Source: Candidatus Poribacteria bacterium (GTDB taxonomy: Bacteria; Poribacteria; WGA-4E; WGA-3G). Taken from it: a DNA stretch of 64,000 nt. Every line of letters starts with the position of its first letter. Position 1 is the first letter of the stretch. Under the pieces are notes generated by a model, which saw nothing but the letters and a program-made list of their open reading frames with translations, did not search any database and was not told the DNA's origin. Shown in pieces: positions 10,249 through 19,572 of the stretch. Both the position numbers and the translations under genes were made by a program. The DNA lies in contig OZ243938.1 in the NCBI GenBank assembly GCA_965214095.1, positions 4,544,001 through 4,608,000 of the forward strand, read 5' to 3'.

Positions 10249-11361
10249 ATGAGAAAAACCTATAAATACAAGGGACAACATCAAAAGAACACGCTAAAAC
10301 TTGGCAATCTGCTTGACGATATGCATCAGATCCATGTGCATATTATGCGATTGCAGAAGAGGTATTATCGCATATATAAGAAAAACATATCTGCCTATAC
10401 TATGAATCGTCATATTACGAAGTTGAAAAAGCGGACAAAGCCTCATTGGGCAGACTTGCCGAGTCAAGTTATTCAAGATGTTGTGCTGCGTATGGGTAAA
10501 GCCTACGACGCGTTTTTTAGGAATATAAAAGACCGCAAAGAAGGTAAAACAGCAAAGAAAATCGGTAGACCAAAGATTAAACCGCAACATAAATACAACT
10601 CTATGACGTTTACACAGGCAGGATATAAACTTGAAGGGAACCGTATCAAGATCAACTGTATAGATACGTGGTTTTCCTTTCATAAACATCGTGAAATAAC
10701 AGGTGACATCAAAACAATAACCCTCAAGCGTGACAGGTGTGGCGATTACTGGATATGCTTTTCTTGTGATAACGTTGACACACCGAAATCTTTTGCGAAG
10801 ACAGGTGAAAGTGCTGGCTTTGATTTCGGATTGACAACCTTTCTCACAGCTTCTAATGGTAATAAGATTGTGTCTCCGCAGTTTTTGAAAAAGTCCTTGA
10901 ACAAGTTGAGAACACTGAATAAAAGTGTGAGTCGTAAAGTCGAGGGATCAGGCAATTGGTATCGTGCTATCCGTGCGTTGTTGCGGGAGTATAGGAAGAT
11001 AGCGCGACAACGTCTTGACTGGCAGTGGAAACTTGCTACAGACCTTTGCAGGCATTTTGATACCTTGTGTTTTGAAACCCTCAATATAGACGGCATGAAA
11101 CGCCTCTGGGGACGCAAAGTCAGTGATCTCGCTTGCTACCAGTTCATTCAAGTGTTGGCATTCAAGTGTGCGAAACACGATAAAACTTTCCTCAAAATCG
11201 GACAATGGACAGCGACAACAAAACCCTGTAGCAACTGCGGACACACAAACGATAAACTAACACTTTCAGATAGACACTGGATATGTCCTACGTGCAATAC
11301 TGAACACGATAGAGACATCAATGCCGCTATCAATATCAAACAGGCAGGCTTAGCTGCCTAA
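10249..11361 (+). CDS. tnpB: RNA-guided endonuclease TnpB
   Basis: RuvC I GFDFG, RuvC II FETLN, zinc finger CSNC..CPTC, RuvC III HDRDINAA; catalytic D-E-D intact. Confidence 0.93.
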   Translation: MRKTYKYKGQHQKNTLKLGNLLDDMHQIHVHIMRLQKRYYRIYKKNISAYTMNRHITKLKKRTKPHWADLPSQVIQDVVLRMGKAYDAFFRNIKDRKEGKTAKKIGRPKIKPQHKYNSMTFTQAGYKLEGNRIKINCIDTWFSFHKHREITGDIKTITLKRDRCGDYWICFSCDNVDTPKSFAKTGESAGFDFGLTTFLTASNGNKIVSPQFLKKSLNKLRTLNKSVSRKVEGSGNWYRAIRALLREYRKIARQRLDWQWKLATDLCRHFDTLCFETLNIDGMKRLWGRKVSDLACYQFIQVLAFKCAKHDKTFLKIGQWTATTKPCSNCGHTNDKLTLSDRHWICPTCNTEHDRDINAAINIKQAGLAA

Positions 11362-11474
11362 AGTGGAGATGACGTGAGACGGGGGATCCTTTTGGAGAAA
11401 CGCTGTTGTCAAGGAAGCACAAGCCCCAACCTTTAGGTTGTGGGTCACTATGACCATATTGATTGATGACCAAC
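11342..11474 (+). ncRNA. TnpB omegaRNA 3' scaffold plus guide (5' end undetermined, probably inside tnpB)
   Basis: Hairpin AGGCAG-gcttag-CTGCCT whose loop can pair with downstream AAGC; right-end hairpin; flank CATATTGATTGATGACCAAC is the predicted guide. Confidence 0.65.
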
Positions 11475-11605
11475 AGATACCAGAATCTGTACAGTTAGCT
11501 ATTGATAACAGTTTATCTGTAAGTAATTCTTCCAGACTAAATCTCAGAGCGCCACCATACTATCTGTTGACAGAACTTCCAACTCCGGTTTTATGTTTTC
11601 TATAG
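11455..11605 (+). pseudogene. Detached native C-terminal tail of the sigma-FtsZ gene
   Basis: Joining 10069 to 11455 reads DFFN-ILIDDQQIPESVQLAIDNSLSVSNSSRLNLRAPPYYLLTELPTPVLCFL*; the other two frames stop within 4 codons. Confidence 0.6.
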
Positions 11606-11707
11606 ACATCGGAGCCGCATATCTTATCAAAAACACTTTGAAAGTTCAAACGACTATCCTGAAAATCCTAGTTCAGAGAAAAAGAATTGCACTAAATTAG
11701 GCGTTTT

Positions 11708-11807
11708 CCCCAGGACGGTAGGTTCGGTTTCCTAACCGAACCTACCGTCCTGGGGCGTTTGGCATTTGTGAAAAAGACACAAGAAAAACCAAAAACTAAA
11801 TAGCCCT
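11708..11807. repeat. REP palindrome plus partial inverted copy of the 14844-15068 MITE end
   Basis: 22-bp perfect stem CCCCAGGACGGTAGGTTCGGTT-tcct-AACCGAACCTACCGTCCTGGGG; 11752-11807 resembles the reverse complement of ~14844-14901. Confidence 0.8.
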
Positions 11808-11825
11808 ACATGGCTGCAAACATTA

Positions 11826-11854
11826 TTGACATAATACCCTATCCGTGTTAATAT
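11826..11854 (+). promoter_or_regulatory. Putative sigma70 promoter of comF
   Basis: TTGACA-N17-TAATAT. Confidence 0.5.
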
Positions 11855-11883
11855 ACCACGACATACATAAACGGTAGCCAAAT

Positions 11884-12645
11884 ATGCACATACGACCCAA
11901 CTTTCTACAACAGACCATTGAAACTGCAATTACATTCTTATATCCAGCACAATGCAAAGTTTGTGAAAATCAACTCGGACTTGAATCTGCACCTTATATA
12001 TGCAATGCTTGCTGGAAAGATATTGAATATATTGAGCCACCTTGGTGTGAGATCTGCGGAATGCCAAAGGCTGAAAACCTATGTAATTTTTGTGCAACGA
12101 AACCGCCACGTTTTGGTAAATTGCGAACGATCACTGTTTACGAAACTACAATACAACAAGCGATACATCTATTCAAATTCAACAAACGACCTTCATTCAG
12201 TCATACACTAATACAACTTATTTTAGACAACATACCACGCGACTTAAACCTTACTGACTATGACTACGTCCTTCCAGTACCCATTCACAAAAAACGGCTA
12301 CGTGAGCGCGGATTCAACCAGTCTACACTCCTTGCAAAAGGGATTGCGAAAGTTGTTGGTCTTAGAGTAATAGAAGATGTACTTATAAGAGAAAAAAATA
12401 CATCACCTCAGAGCAGTTTAGACAGAGAAGCACGTCAAACGAACATAAAAGGTGCATTTAATCTACTGGATGCTGATAAAATACGTGACAAACATATCCT
12501 CGTTTTTGATGATGTTTTTACCACGGGGGCAACAATTCGTGAAGTGGTAAATGTATTATGGGATGCCGACCCAATTGAAATAGATGTGTTAACATTAGCA
12601 AGGACTTTAACACTCTTCCCGTCAAATCCGCCTGCATTAGTTTAG
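11884..12645 (+). CDS. comF: ComF family protein (double zinc ribbon + PRTase)
   Basis: Four CxxC, PVPIH..RLRERGFNQS, FDDVFTTGAT. Confidence 0.92.
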   Translation: MHIRPNFLQQTIETAITFLYPAQCKVCENQLGLESAPYICNACWKDIEYIEPPWCEICGMPKAENLCNFCATKPPRFGKLRTITVYETTIQQAIHLFKFNKRPSFSHTLIQLILDNIPRDLNLTDYDYVLPVPIHKKRLRERGFNQSTLLAKGIAKVVGLRVIEDVLIREKNTSPQSSLDREARQTNIKGAFNLLDADKIRDKHILVFDDVFTTGATIREVVNVLWDADPIEIDVLTLARTLTLFPSNPPALV

Positions 12646-12697
12646 CTTCGGGATGTAGATGGGTAAAAGGTTGACCTTGAGAAAGAAACACGATGAC
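12611..12697 (+). mobile_element. 87-bp internally deleted derivative of the IS605-type element
   Basis: Preceded by TTTAA; closely resembles 10070-10156; ends CACGATGAC, like the right-end terminus CACTATGAC. Confidence 0.7.
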
Positions 12698-12782
12698 TGT
12701 ACGTATCTTCTTGCTAAAATAAAAATACTATCCTTTTTGAACAATACTGTCTCTACTTCATTAGGATAAGGAGATACGTTTC

Positions 12783-13367
12783 ATGAATCCAGACGAATTG
12801 AAAGATGCTGAGGATGCGGAACTCATCGTGGCGGTATTGGCTGGTAATCACAAAGCGTTTGATGAATTAGTGTACCGGTATCAACGCGGTATGCTTTCCG
12901 TAGCACAACAGGTTGTCCGAAACCCAATTGAAGCGGAAGACATTGTCCAAGATGCATTCTTACTTGCATTTGAGGCATTACCGCAACTTGATAATCTAAA
13001 TAGATTTGGTTCTTGGCTCTATTCAATTACACGTAATCGCGCACTACGTTTCATGAAACGATCAAGTAGAATACAATTGCATGACGATGTAGATACAGAA
13101 TTGCAAATAGAGGCAGATCCTGCTTCAACAGATCCTGCACAAATAGTGGAACAGGAATCTACCCATGAAGATGTCAGGGAAGCGATTGATTCACTACCTT
13201 CAGATTTTAAGGAGGTAATCACGCTCTATTATTGGGCAGATATGCCGCAGAAACGGATTGCCGAAACACTTTCGCTCCCCTTAACAACGGTAAAATGGAG
13301 ACTTCATAAAGGGAAAGACTTACTAAAAACCGTATTAGAAAAACGTGGATATGGAGATATTTTGTAG
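12783..13367 (+). CDS. ECF RNA polymerase sigma factor
   Basis: AFDELVYRY, EAEDIVQDAF, FGSWL..ITRN, TTVKWRLH. Confidence 0.93.
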   Translation: MNPDELKDAEDAELIVAVLAGNHKAFDELVYRYQRGMLSVAQQVVRNPIEAEDIVQDAFLLAFEALPQLDNLNRFGSWLYSITRNRALRFMKRSSRIQLHDDVDTELQIEADPASTDPAQIVEQESTHEDVREAIDSLPSDFKEVITLYYWADMPQKRIAETLSLPLTTVKWRLHKGKDLLKTVLEKRGYGDIL

Positions 13368-13368
13368 C

Positions 13369-14766
13369 ATGGAACAGGAACGACAACAAGAAATACGTGG
13401 ACTTTTTCAAATTCTTGAGCAGACAGCAGAGATCGCAGAAAATTCAGCATTGACAGAGAACTATAAGGATGGAGAAAGGCGATGCGTCTCTCAATTCAAT
13501 AAGGTCTTGAAACGACTGAGTGCGTTAGATGCTGTCCCAGATGCGCTCTTTGAACCATTACATGAAGATGCTAATTATAGTGAAATTAGTATTGCTTGTA
13601 ATCATCTTGCAGCGTATCTAAGCGAGGGATTAGGATCATTTCCCGATCTAAAAGGCATGGTGACCAACATTCTTGGGAAAAGATTCATTGAGAACATTGA
13701 GGAAGAGTTGAAAGAAGGTAAAATTGGTGATTTGATACGGAACGCGATTCCTGAATTTATGACTGAGACTACTCTGGATGACATCAATGAATCGTTCAAT
13801 GTGAGTCCGGATGGTAGGTTGATACTTGATGTAGACATTGGAACGATTGACATTCGGACAGCAGAAAGCGAGGCAGTTAATGTTGTCGTGCACCGGGCAG
13901 CAAAGTTCAAGACAGATAGGCATGCAACGGATTTACTTAAGGATTTCCAAGTCAACATTAATCCAAAAGAAGGTGAACTTCAAATTGATGCGAAATTTAA
14001 AGATGGTAAACGGTATTGGAAAAAAAACACAGAACGACTGAATATCCATTTTGATATTACAGTTCCCAAAACTTTCCACGGTGTATATTTAAAAACAGCG
14101 GCGGGTGATATTACTGTTCATGATTTTAGTGGTGCAGTCCAATCGCAAACAAACAGTGGGGAACTGAAGTTTGAGAATATCACAGGTCCAATTTTTGGCA
14201 ATACGGTCAATGGTGATGTCAGGTTGGCTCAATGTGAAAGTGATGTTAGGATTGAAGCATTACGAGGAGACATTGAGATAAATAACAACATCGGAAGTGT
14301 TGACGCGACTACATCTGGTGGAAGTATACGTTGTGTAGATGTTGATGGTGAAATCATCGGAGAAACATCTGGTGGTAGTATCAAGTTGGTCCGATGTAAG
14401 GGGGAGGCAAAGGTTCAGACTTCAGGCGGAAGTATCGACCTGGACAATGATGGTTCGATCACTGCCAAAACCTTTGGTGGTTCTATTAACGCAGGTATAT
14501 CGGGACAACTCAAAGGCGATTCAACTATAGAAGTCTCAGGTGGAGACATCACAGTTTCATTGCCTTCTGATATTGCATTAAAGGTTGATGCAAAATGTAG
14601 TGGTGGAGCGGTAGTATCTGAACTGCCGGATGTTATCGTCGCTGATGATGAACATATATCTGGACAACTGTATGGGGTTGTTAATGGTGATGGTCCTTTA
14701 CTGAAACTCCGTTGCATTGGTGGAGATATAAATTTGAAAAGTAAGCATGTTGATAGTGAAACATAA
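13369..14766 (+). CDS. DUF4097 beta-strand repeat protein with extra N-terminal helical domain
   Basis: Repeated T-S-G-G-x-I units, NGDGPLLKLR..GGDI C-terminus; start 1 nt after the sigma stop. Confidence 0.8.
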   Translation: MEQERQQEIRGLFQILEQTAEIAENSALTENYKDGERRCVSQFNKVLKRLSALDAVPDALFEPLHEDANYSEISIACNHLAAYLSEGLGSFPDLKGMVTNILGKRFIENIEEELKEGKIGDLIRNAIPEFMTETTLDDINESFNVSPDGRLILDVDIGTIDIRTAESEAVNVVVHRAAKFKTDRHATDLLKDFQVNINPKEGELQIDAKFKDGKRYWKKNTERLNIHFDITVPKTFHGVYLKTAAGDITVHDFSGAVQSQTNSGELKFENITGPIFGNTVNGDVRLAQCESDVRIEALRGDIEINNNIGSVDATTSGGSIRCVDVDGEIIGETSGGSIKLVRCKGEAKVQTSGGSIDLDNDGSITAKTFGGSINAGISGQLKGDSTIEVSGGDITVSLPSDIALKVDAKCSGGAVVSELPDVIVADDEHISGQLYGVVNGDGPLLKLRCIGGDINLKSKHVDSET

Positions 14767-14812
14767 TTGGATGTAGTTGAGTGCATTTTTAGACTGGTTG
14801 TAAATACATGTT

Positions 14813-14837
14813 GTTGCCAAAGCTTACCTTTGGCAAC
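14813..14837 (+). terminator. Terminator-like hairpin
   Basis: GTTGCCAAAG-cttac-CTTTGGCAAC after the DUF4097 gene. Confidence 0.5.
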
Positions 14838-14843
14838 TTATCT

Positions 14844-15068
14844 CAGGGTTATTTAGTTTTAGGTTTTTCTTGTGTATTCTTTCGCAAATGCTAAATTCCC
14901 CAAGCCGATAGGTGCGGTTTCCTAACCCGCACCGGATTTGTGTCAAACACCTTTCATAATAGGTCTTCTCACAGGTTTTGGTGCGGTTAGGAAACCGCAC
15001 CTACCGCTTTGAGTATTAACTTTCAGTAAATCCTGATGTTGATAATTTATTAAAACTAAATAACCCTG
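14844..15068. mobile_element. 225-bp MITE with ISAs1-like CAGGG ends, containing a REP pair
   Basis: 18-bp perfect TIR CAGGGTTATTTAGTTTTA; 9-bp direct repeat AACTTATCT at 14835-14843 and 15069-15077. Confidence 0.9.
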
Positions 15069-15210
15069 AACTTATCTTAATTTTCTTGCATTAAATACAC
15101 CCTCTTTGCTATAATCATGAATTAAATTGGGATTGTTGGTTGTCTGAACGAACCAGAAGGGACGTTTGGTATTGATCAAAAGTGTTATAGAATAATAAGG
15201 AGTTACAGAA

Positions 15211-16530
15211 ATGAGACGTTTGTCTATAAGTTTTATTCTTTTAATGTTGGTAGTTATAGTAGGGTGCGGTCAAAAAGATGAAAAAACATTAACGATTGTC
15301 TGGGCAGAATGGGACCCAGCTAATTATTTACAAGAATTATCTAAAGACTTTACAACTGAAACAGGAATTGCAGTGGATGTTGTCCAGATTCCTTGGCCTG
15401 CTTTCCAAGATAAAATTGACAATTCCTTCGTGGGGAAGAGTGATTTATATGACATTGTGATAGGAGACAGTCAATGGTTGGGAAGAAATTCTGTTGGAGG
15501 ACATTACATTGACTTGACAGAATGGATCAATGCGAACATAGATGTGCCTGCTATATATGGACCTGCTATGACCGCTTTTGCCGAGTACCCGAAAGGGAGT
15601 AGCAAGTATTGGGCATTACCTGCTGAAGTGGATGCGGCAGGATATGTGTATAGGAAAGACCTATTTGAAGATCCTGCTGAAATGTCTGCGTTTGAAGAGA
15701 AATACGGTTATGCACTTGCTCCACCAACAACTTATTCACAGCTTCGTGATATTGCTGAATTCTTCACCCGTCCAGATGATGATCTCTTCGGTATTGCTAC
15801 ATGGTATAGTAAAGAATATGACGGCATTACGATGGGTTTCCAACAGGTCATGTGGAGTTTTGGTGCCTCTTATGGTGACCCAGAGACCAAGAAAGTTGAT
15901 GGTTATATAAATACAGAGGATGCGGTCAAGGCACTTGATTACTATAGAGATTTGCTTCAATTTGCCCCACCGGATGCCCCGAATTACTATTGGGCAGAAA
16001 CACTTGATGCTTATATTAAAGGGAAAGTTGCGATGGCGATGAATTATTTTGCCTTTTTCCCGGGTGTTGTTGATCCTGATACAAACGAAATCTCACATGA
16101 TAAGAGTGGTTTCTTTGTTGCCCCTAAGGGCCCCAAAGGACACTATATTAGTATCGGCGGACAAGGCATGTCAATTTCCTCCTATTCTAAAAATCAGGAC
16201 ATTGCGAAGCAATATCTGAAATGGTTTATGCAGAAACCAGTGCAGGAAAAATGGGCGATGTTAGGTGGTTTTACACCGATGAAAGAAGTCTTGGAATCGG
16301 ATACCTTCAAGACAGCGACCCCTTTTAATGAGGCGTTTGCTGCAAGTTTCCCATATCTTCGTGATTTCTGGGCAGTACCTGAATATGCCCAACTCTTAAA
16401 TGAGTGCCAAACCAATTGGAGTGAGGCAATTACCGGTATCAAGACATCAAAGGAAGCACTTGATGCTATTGCCCAAAAACATGAGGAAATCTTTACGGAA
16501 GCCATGAAGGATAACAGTGATACAGAATAG
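15211..16530 (+). CDS. Carbohydrate ABC transporter substrate-binding lipoprotein
   Basis: Lipobox IVGC, YVYRKDLFED, PTTYSQLRDIAEFF, GGQGMSI. Confidence 0.9.
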   Translation: MRRLSISFILLMLVVIVGCGQKDEKTLTIVWAEWDPANYLQELSKDFTTETGIAVDVVQIPWPAFQDKIDNSFVGKSDLYDIVIGDSQWLGRNSVGGHYIDLTEWINANIDVPAIYGPAMTAFAEYPKGSSKYWALPAEVDAAGYVYRKDLFEDPAEMSAFEEKYGYALAPPTTYSQLRDIAEFFTRPDDDLFGIATWYSKEYDGITMGFQQVMWSFGASYGDPETKKVDGYINTEDAVKALDYYRDLLQFAPPDAPNYYWAETLDAYIKGKVAMAMNYFAFFPGVVDPDTNEISHDKSGFFVAPKGPKGHYISIGGQGMSISSYSKNQDIAKQYLKWFMQKPVQEKWAMLGGFTPMKEVLESDTFKTATPFNEAFAASFPYLRDFWAVPEYAQLLNECQTNWSEAITGIKTSKEALDAIAQKHEEIFTEAMKDNSDTE

Positions 16531-16547
16531 TTCTGTTGGAAATGTTA

Positions 16548-16659
16548 TACCATTTCTATAAATGTTTATCCTATTAACAATTTGTTAAGAATGTCTTGTA
16601 GGATGGCACAAACTGGCAGTTTGTGCTACAAAATGCGGCGTTCTCTATTAGAAATGGTA
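16548..16659. repeat. Small MITE-like element (TACCA ends) enclosing a REP-like hairpin
   Basis: TIR TACCATTTCTA/TAGAAATGGTA with TTA on both flanks; internal GCACAAACT-ggc-AGTTTGTGC. Confidence 0.7.
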
Positions 16660-16762
16660 TTACAAAATTCCATTTAGGTAGGCGCGCTTTATGAGCGCGC
16701 TTTTCCATATACTGGAAGAATGTGCTACAACGCACGCACAATACGGAACAGACCTAAAAAAT

Positions 16763-17692
16763 ATGCAGCACAACCGTTTCTCGCGTGGGATGAGCGATTA
16801 TCAGATTAAGATGGCATTCATCATGCCAACGATGATTTTGCTTATCTTAATGAACATCTTTCCCCTTCTATGGTCCCTGTATTTGAGTTTCCATGACTAC
16901 AAAGCCAACATGCCAAATGCCCCAGAATATATTGGTGCTAAGAACTACATAGAAGTCCTTACGGACCCTGATGTATGGGGATATTTCCGTACAACTGCTT
17001 ATTTTGTAATTTTGGCAGTAGCTGCGCAATTCCTGATTGGGTTCGGTTTGGCACTTCTGCTCAACCGTAGTTTTCCTGCAAAAGGTGTGGTGACAACGTT
17101 GCTTCTGCTTCCGATGATGTTGTCCCCAGTGGTTGTCGCACTATTTTGGCGATTTATTCTTGCTTCAGATGATGGAGGTTTGCTGAACTATCTATTAAGT
17201 CCTCTTCTGAACTTACCTGTATTAAACACTATCTTTGATCCACCTATTGAATGGACAACCGATCCCAAGATTGCGATGTTATCTGTTGTCATTGTGGATA
17301 CGTGGATGTGGTCTCCATTTATGATGTTGATTGCATTGGCAGGATTGAGTGCCATACCTAAATATCTCTATGAGGCAGCAGATGTAGACCGAGCTTCATC
17401 CTGGTTTAAATTTCGTTGGATTACATTACCCTTAGTGTCACCACTACTACTTATAGCCTTATTGTTCCGCACTATGGATGCATTTAAGATGTTTGACATT
17501 GTCTATGTGCTTACCCGTGAGGGTGGTCCGGGGACTGTCACTGAGACTGTTTCCATGAACCTTTATCGGCTTGCCTTCCGAAACTATGATACTGGGAAAG
17601 CTTGTGCGATGGCGTATATTCTCCTTATAATCATCGTTGCCCTCAGTAACATTTATGTGAAATATCTCAATCGTGTTAAGGGAGAAACTTAA
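16763..17692 (+). CDS. Carbohydrate ABC transporter permease
   Basis: AGLSAIP..LYEAADVD.A EAA loop, ITLPL, FDIVYVLT..GGPG. Confidence 0.92.
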   Translation: MQHNRFSRGMSDYQIKMAFIMPTMILLILMNIFPLLWSLYLSFHDYKANMPNAPEYIGAKNYIEVLTDPDVWGYFRTTAYFVILAVAAQFLIGFGLALLLNRSFPAKGVVTTLLLLPMMLSPVVVALFWRFILASDDGGLLNYLLSPLLNLPVLNTIFDPPIEWTTDPKIAMLSVVIVDTWMWSPFMMLIALAGLSAIPKYLYEAADVDRASSWFKFRWITLPLVSPLLLIALLFRTMDAFKMFDIVYVLTREGGPGTVTETVSMNLYRLAFRNYDTGKACAMAYILLIIIVALSNIYVKYLNRVKGET

Positions 17693-17697
17693 TCTAT

Positions 17698-18942
17698 ATG
17701 AGAACTTATTCGATATGGAAACTGATTGCATTCATCATCATAATGGCGATTATTTTATTTGCTGTTATAGTCTACATTATTCCGATTTATTGGATCGTGG
17801 TAACGTCATTGAAAGCACCTTCAGATATCAACACAAAACTGCCGCAGTTCATCTTTGATATATCGCTTCAAAGTTATAAAAAGTTGATGCCTGAGGGGCA
17901 AGTTTCTACCGTAACATATCTGTTTATTGGGCAAATACTTTCTGGATTGATTCTATTTGCGTTCTTTTCGCTTGTCAATACACAACTGCTGCGTCGTATA
18001 TCACTTCGGATTATCGGTTTATTCTGGAACCTTCTATTTGTTTTAACTTGTTTATTCGGCTTTTTCAGCACAGTGCCGCATTCTCGGTTGAAAGTTGATG
18101 TGCGGTATCATTTTTTTTCTTTGATAGTTTGTTGTGTGATAGCTTGCCTTATAGTTATTCCGTGGAAGAAAAAGATCTCTGCTGTTATTCCAAATATGGA
18201 TGGTTCTCCGCTCCCGAATAAAAAGGAAAGACTGGCGTTTATCATTCCAGTCATCTTTGCAGCCATTGGGATCTGTATTGCTCTTGCGAATGATGGTTCA
18301 AAATATTTCTATCAGTTACTCAACAGTATTATTATAGGTGGGGGTAGCACAATTCTTGCTGTTGGTTTAGGCACTATTTCCGCCTATGCCTTTTCTCGTT
18401 TCAAAATTGCTGGCAAGGACGATCTGTTGTTCTTTATCCTCAGCACACGTATGTTACCGCCTGTTGTCGTTGTGATTCCTATCTATTTGATGTATATTTC
18501 GCTTAGATTATTGGATACTCATTTTGGTTTGATTTTGCTTTATACGACCTTCAATGTTTCATTTGCTGTTTGGCTTATGAAGGGTTTTATTGATGAGATA
18601 CCGAAGGAATATGAAGATGCAGCACTCGTTGATGGTTATACCCGTTTTCAAACTTTTTTGAAGGTTGTTTTGCCACAGTCTGTAACAGGAATTGCTGCGA
18701 CTGCAGTATTTTGCTTGATTACAGCATGGAACGAGTTTGCCTTTGCGCTTGTGCTTACTAATGTTGGCGGTGTAGCCGTTACATCTCCGCCTTCCATCAC
18801 AAGTGCTACCGGTTCTGCTGGAATGGACTGGGGTAAGATTGCTGCATCCACTTTTGTTTTTCTCCTACCTGTTGCTATTTTTACTTTTTTGATGCGAAGT
18901 CATCTCTTGCGCGGTGTTACGTTTGGTGCGGTTAAGAAATAG
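17698..18942 (+). CDS. Carbohydrate ABC transporter permease with inserted membrane domain
   Basis: IPKEYEDAALVDG, AWNEF, GVTFGAVK; extra hydrophobic segments at aa ~70-200. Confidence 0.9.
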   Translation: MRTYSIWKLIAFIIIMAIILFAVIVYIIPIYWIVVTSLKAPSDINTKLPQFIFDISLQSYKKLMPEGQVSTVTYLFIGQILSGLILFAFFSLVNTQLLRRISLRIIGLFWNLLFVLTCLFGFFSTVPHSRLKVDVRYHFFSLIVCCVIACLIVIPWKKKISAVIPNMDGSPLPNKKERLAFIIPVIFAAIGICIALANDGSKYFYQLLNSIIIGGGSTILAVGLGTISAYAFSRFKIAGKDDLLFFILSTRMLPPVVVVIPIYLMYISLRLLDTHFGLILLYTTFNVSFAVWLMKGFIDEIPKEYEDAALVDGYTRFQTFLKVVLPQSVTGIAATAVFCLITAWNEFAFALVLTNVGGVAVTSPPSITSATGSAGMDWGKIAASTFVFLLPVAIFTFLMRSHLLRGVTFGAVKK

Positions 18943-18949
18943 ACAGTTG

Positions 18950-19224
18950 AGATTTCTCAATACACTGTAAAGTTAGTACCTATCAACGCCTATCAACATT
19001 CTCTCAATATAAGAGCATGAAAATGCGAATTTAAGTATCTTGTTTTGTTCCTATTTTGTGAAAAAACTGACTTATTTCCAATACAAAATAGTATAAAACG
19101 TTCAAGAAGATGGGCTTTCTAACAGAAAAACAAGCAAAATCATTGTATACCCGAGCGCATTTTCATAATCACATAAACGTTGCGTCTTTATGGTTATTAG
19201 GTTTAGAACCATTGTGAGAAATCT
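18950..19224. repeat. Degenerate fold-back/MITE-like element
   Basis: AGATTTCTCA...TGAGAAATCT outer IR; nested ATGAAAATGCG...CGCATTTTCAT. Confidence 0.5.
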
Positions 19225-19263
19225 TAGTTAAACTTAAACCTACTAAGAATACGGTGGAGAACA

Positions 19264-19572
19264 ATGAAAAAATATAAATTGCATCTACTTTCAATTATGA
19301 TAACTTTGACATTCTGTATTGGGTGTATGCCTAACTATCTTTCAAGAGAATATCTTTATACCCATGAGGATGAAGGACGTTTTGTGATGAAAATCAGGTA
19401 TAAACCAAAACGTCATATTGTAGACGGTCGTGAAGTTGGTGAATATTACTTTAAACTTAGACACATCCCTACAGAGAAAAGCATAATTTATGCAAAATAT
19501 GAAAAAAATAGAAAAGATGCAGAGAGACACCTACGCCAAACGGGACGTGCAAACGATTTAGTGGGAGGGTAA
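19264..19572 (+). CDS. Hypothetical lipoprotein
   Basis: GGAG RBS; MKKYK + hydrophobic stretch + CIGC. Confidence 0.65.
   Translation: MKKYKLHLLSIMITLTFCIGCMPNYLSREYLYTHEDEGRFVMKIRYKPKRHIVDGREVGEYYFKLRHIPTEKSIIYAKYEKNRKDAERHLRQTGRANDLVGG

Larger units (their letters stand above)
10070..11454 (+). mobile_element. IS200/IS605-family tnpB-only element (no tnpA)
   Basis: Preceded by TTTAA (10065-10069); left-end sequence repeated at 12611; right-end hairpin CCCAACC-TTTA-GGTTGTGGG..TATGAC repeated at 34150-34180; no TSD. Confidence 0.85.

Noticed and set aside
8364-13367. TnpB between two ECF sigma genes as an RNA-guided transcription (dCas12f/sigmaE-like) system
   Set aside because: TnpB keeps the D-E-D triad, has both IS ends and interrupts the upstream ORF, so adjacency is best explained by insertion. 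Conserved linkage in other genomes would reopen it.
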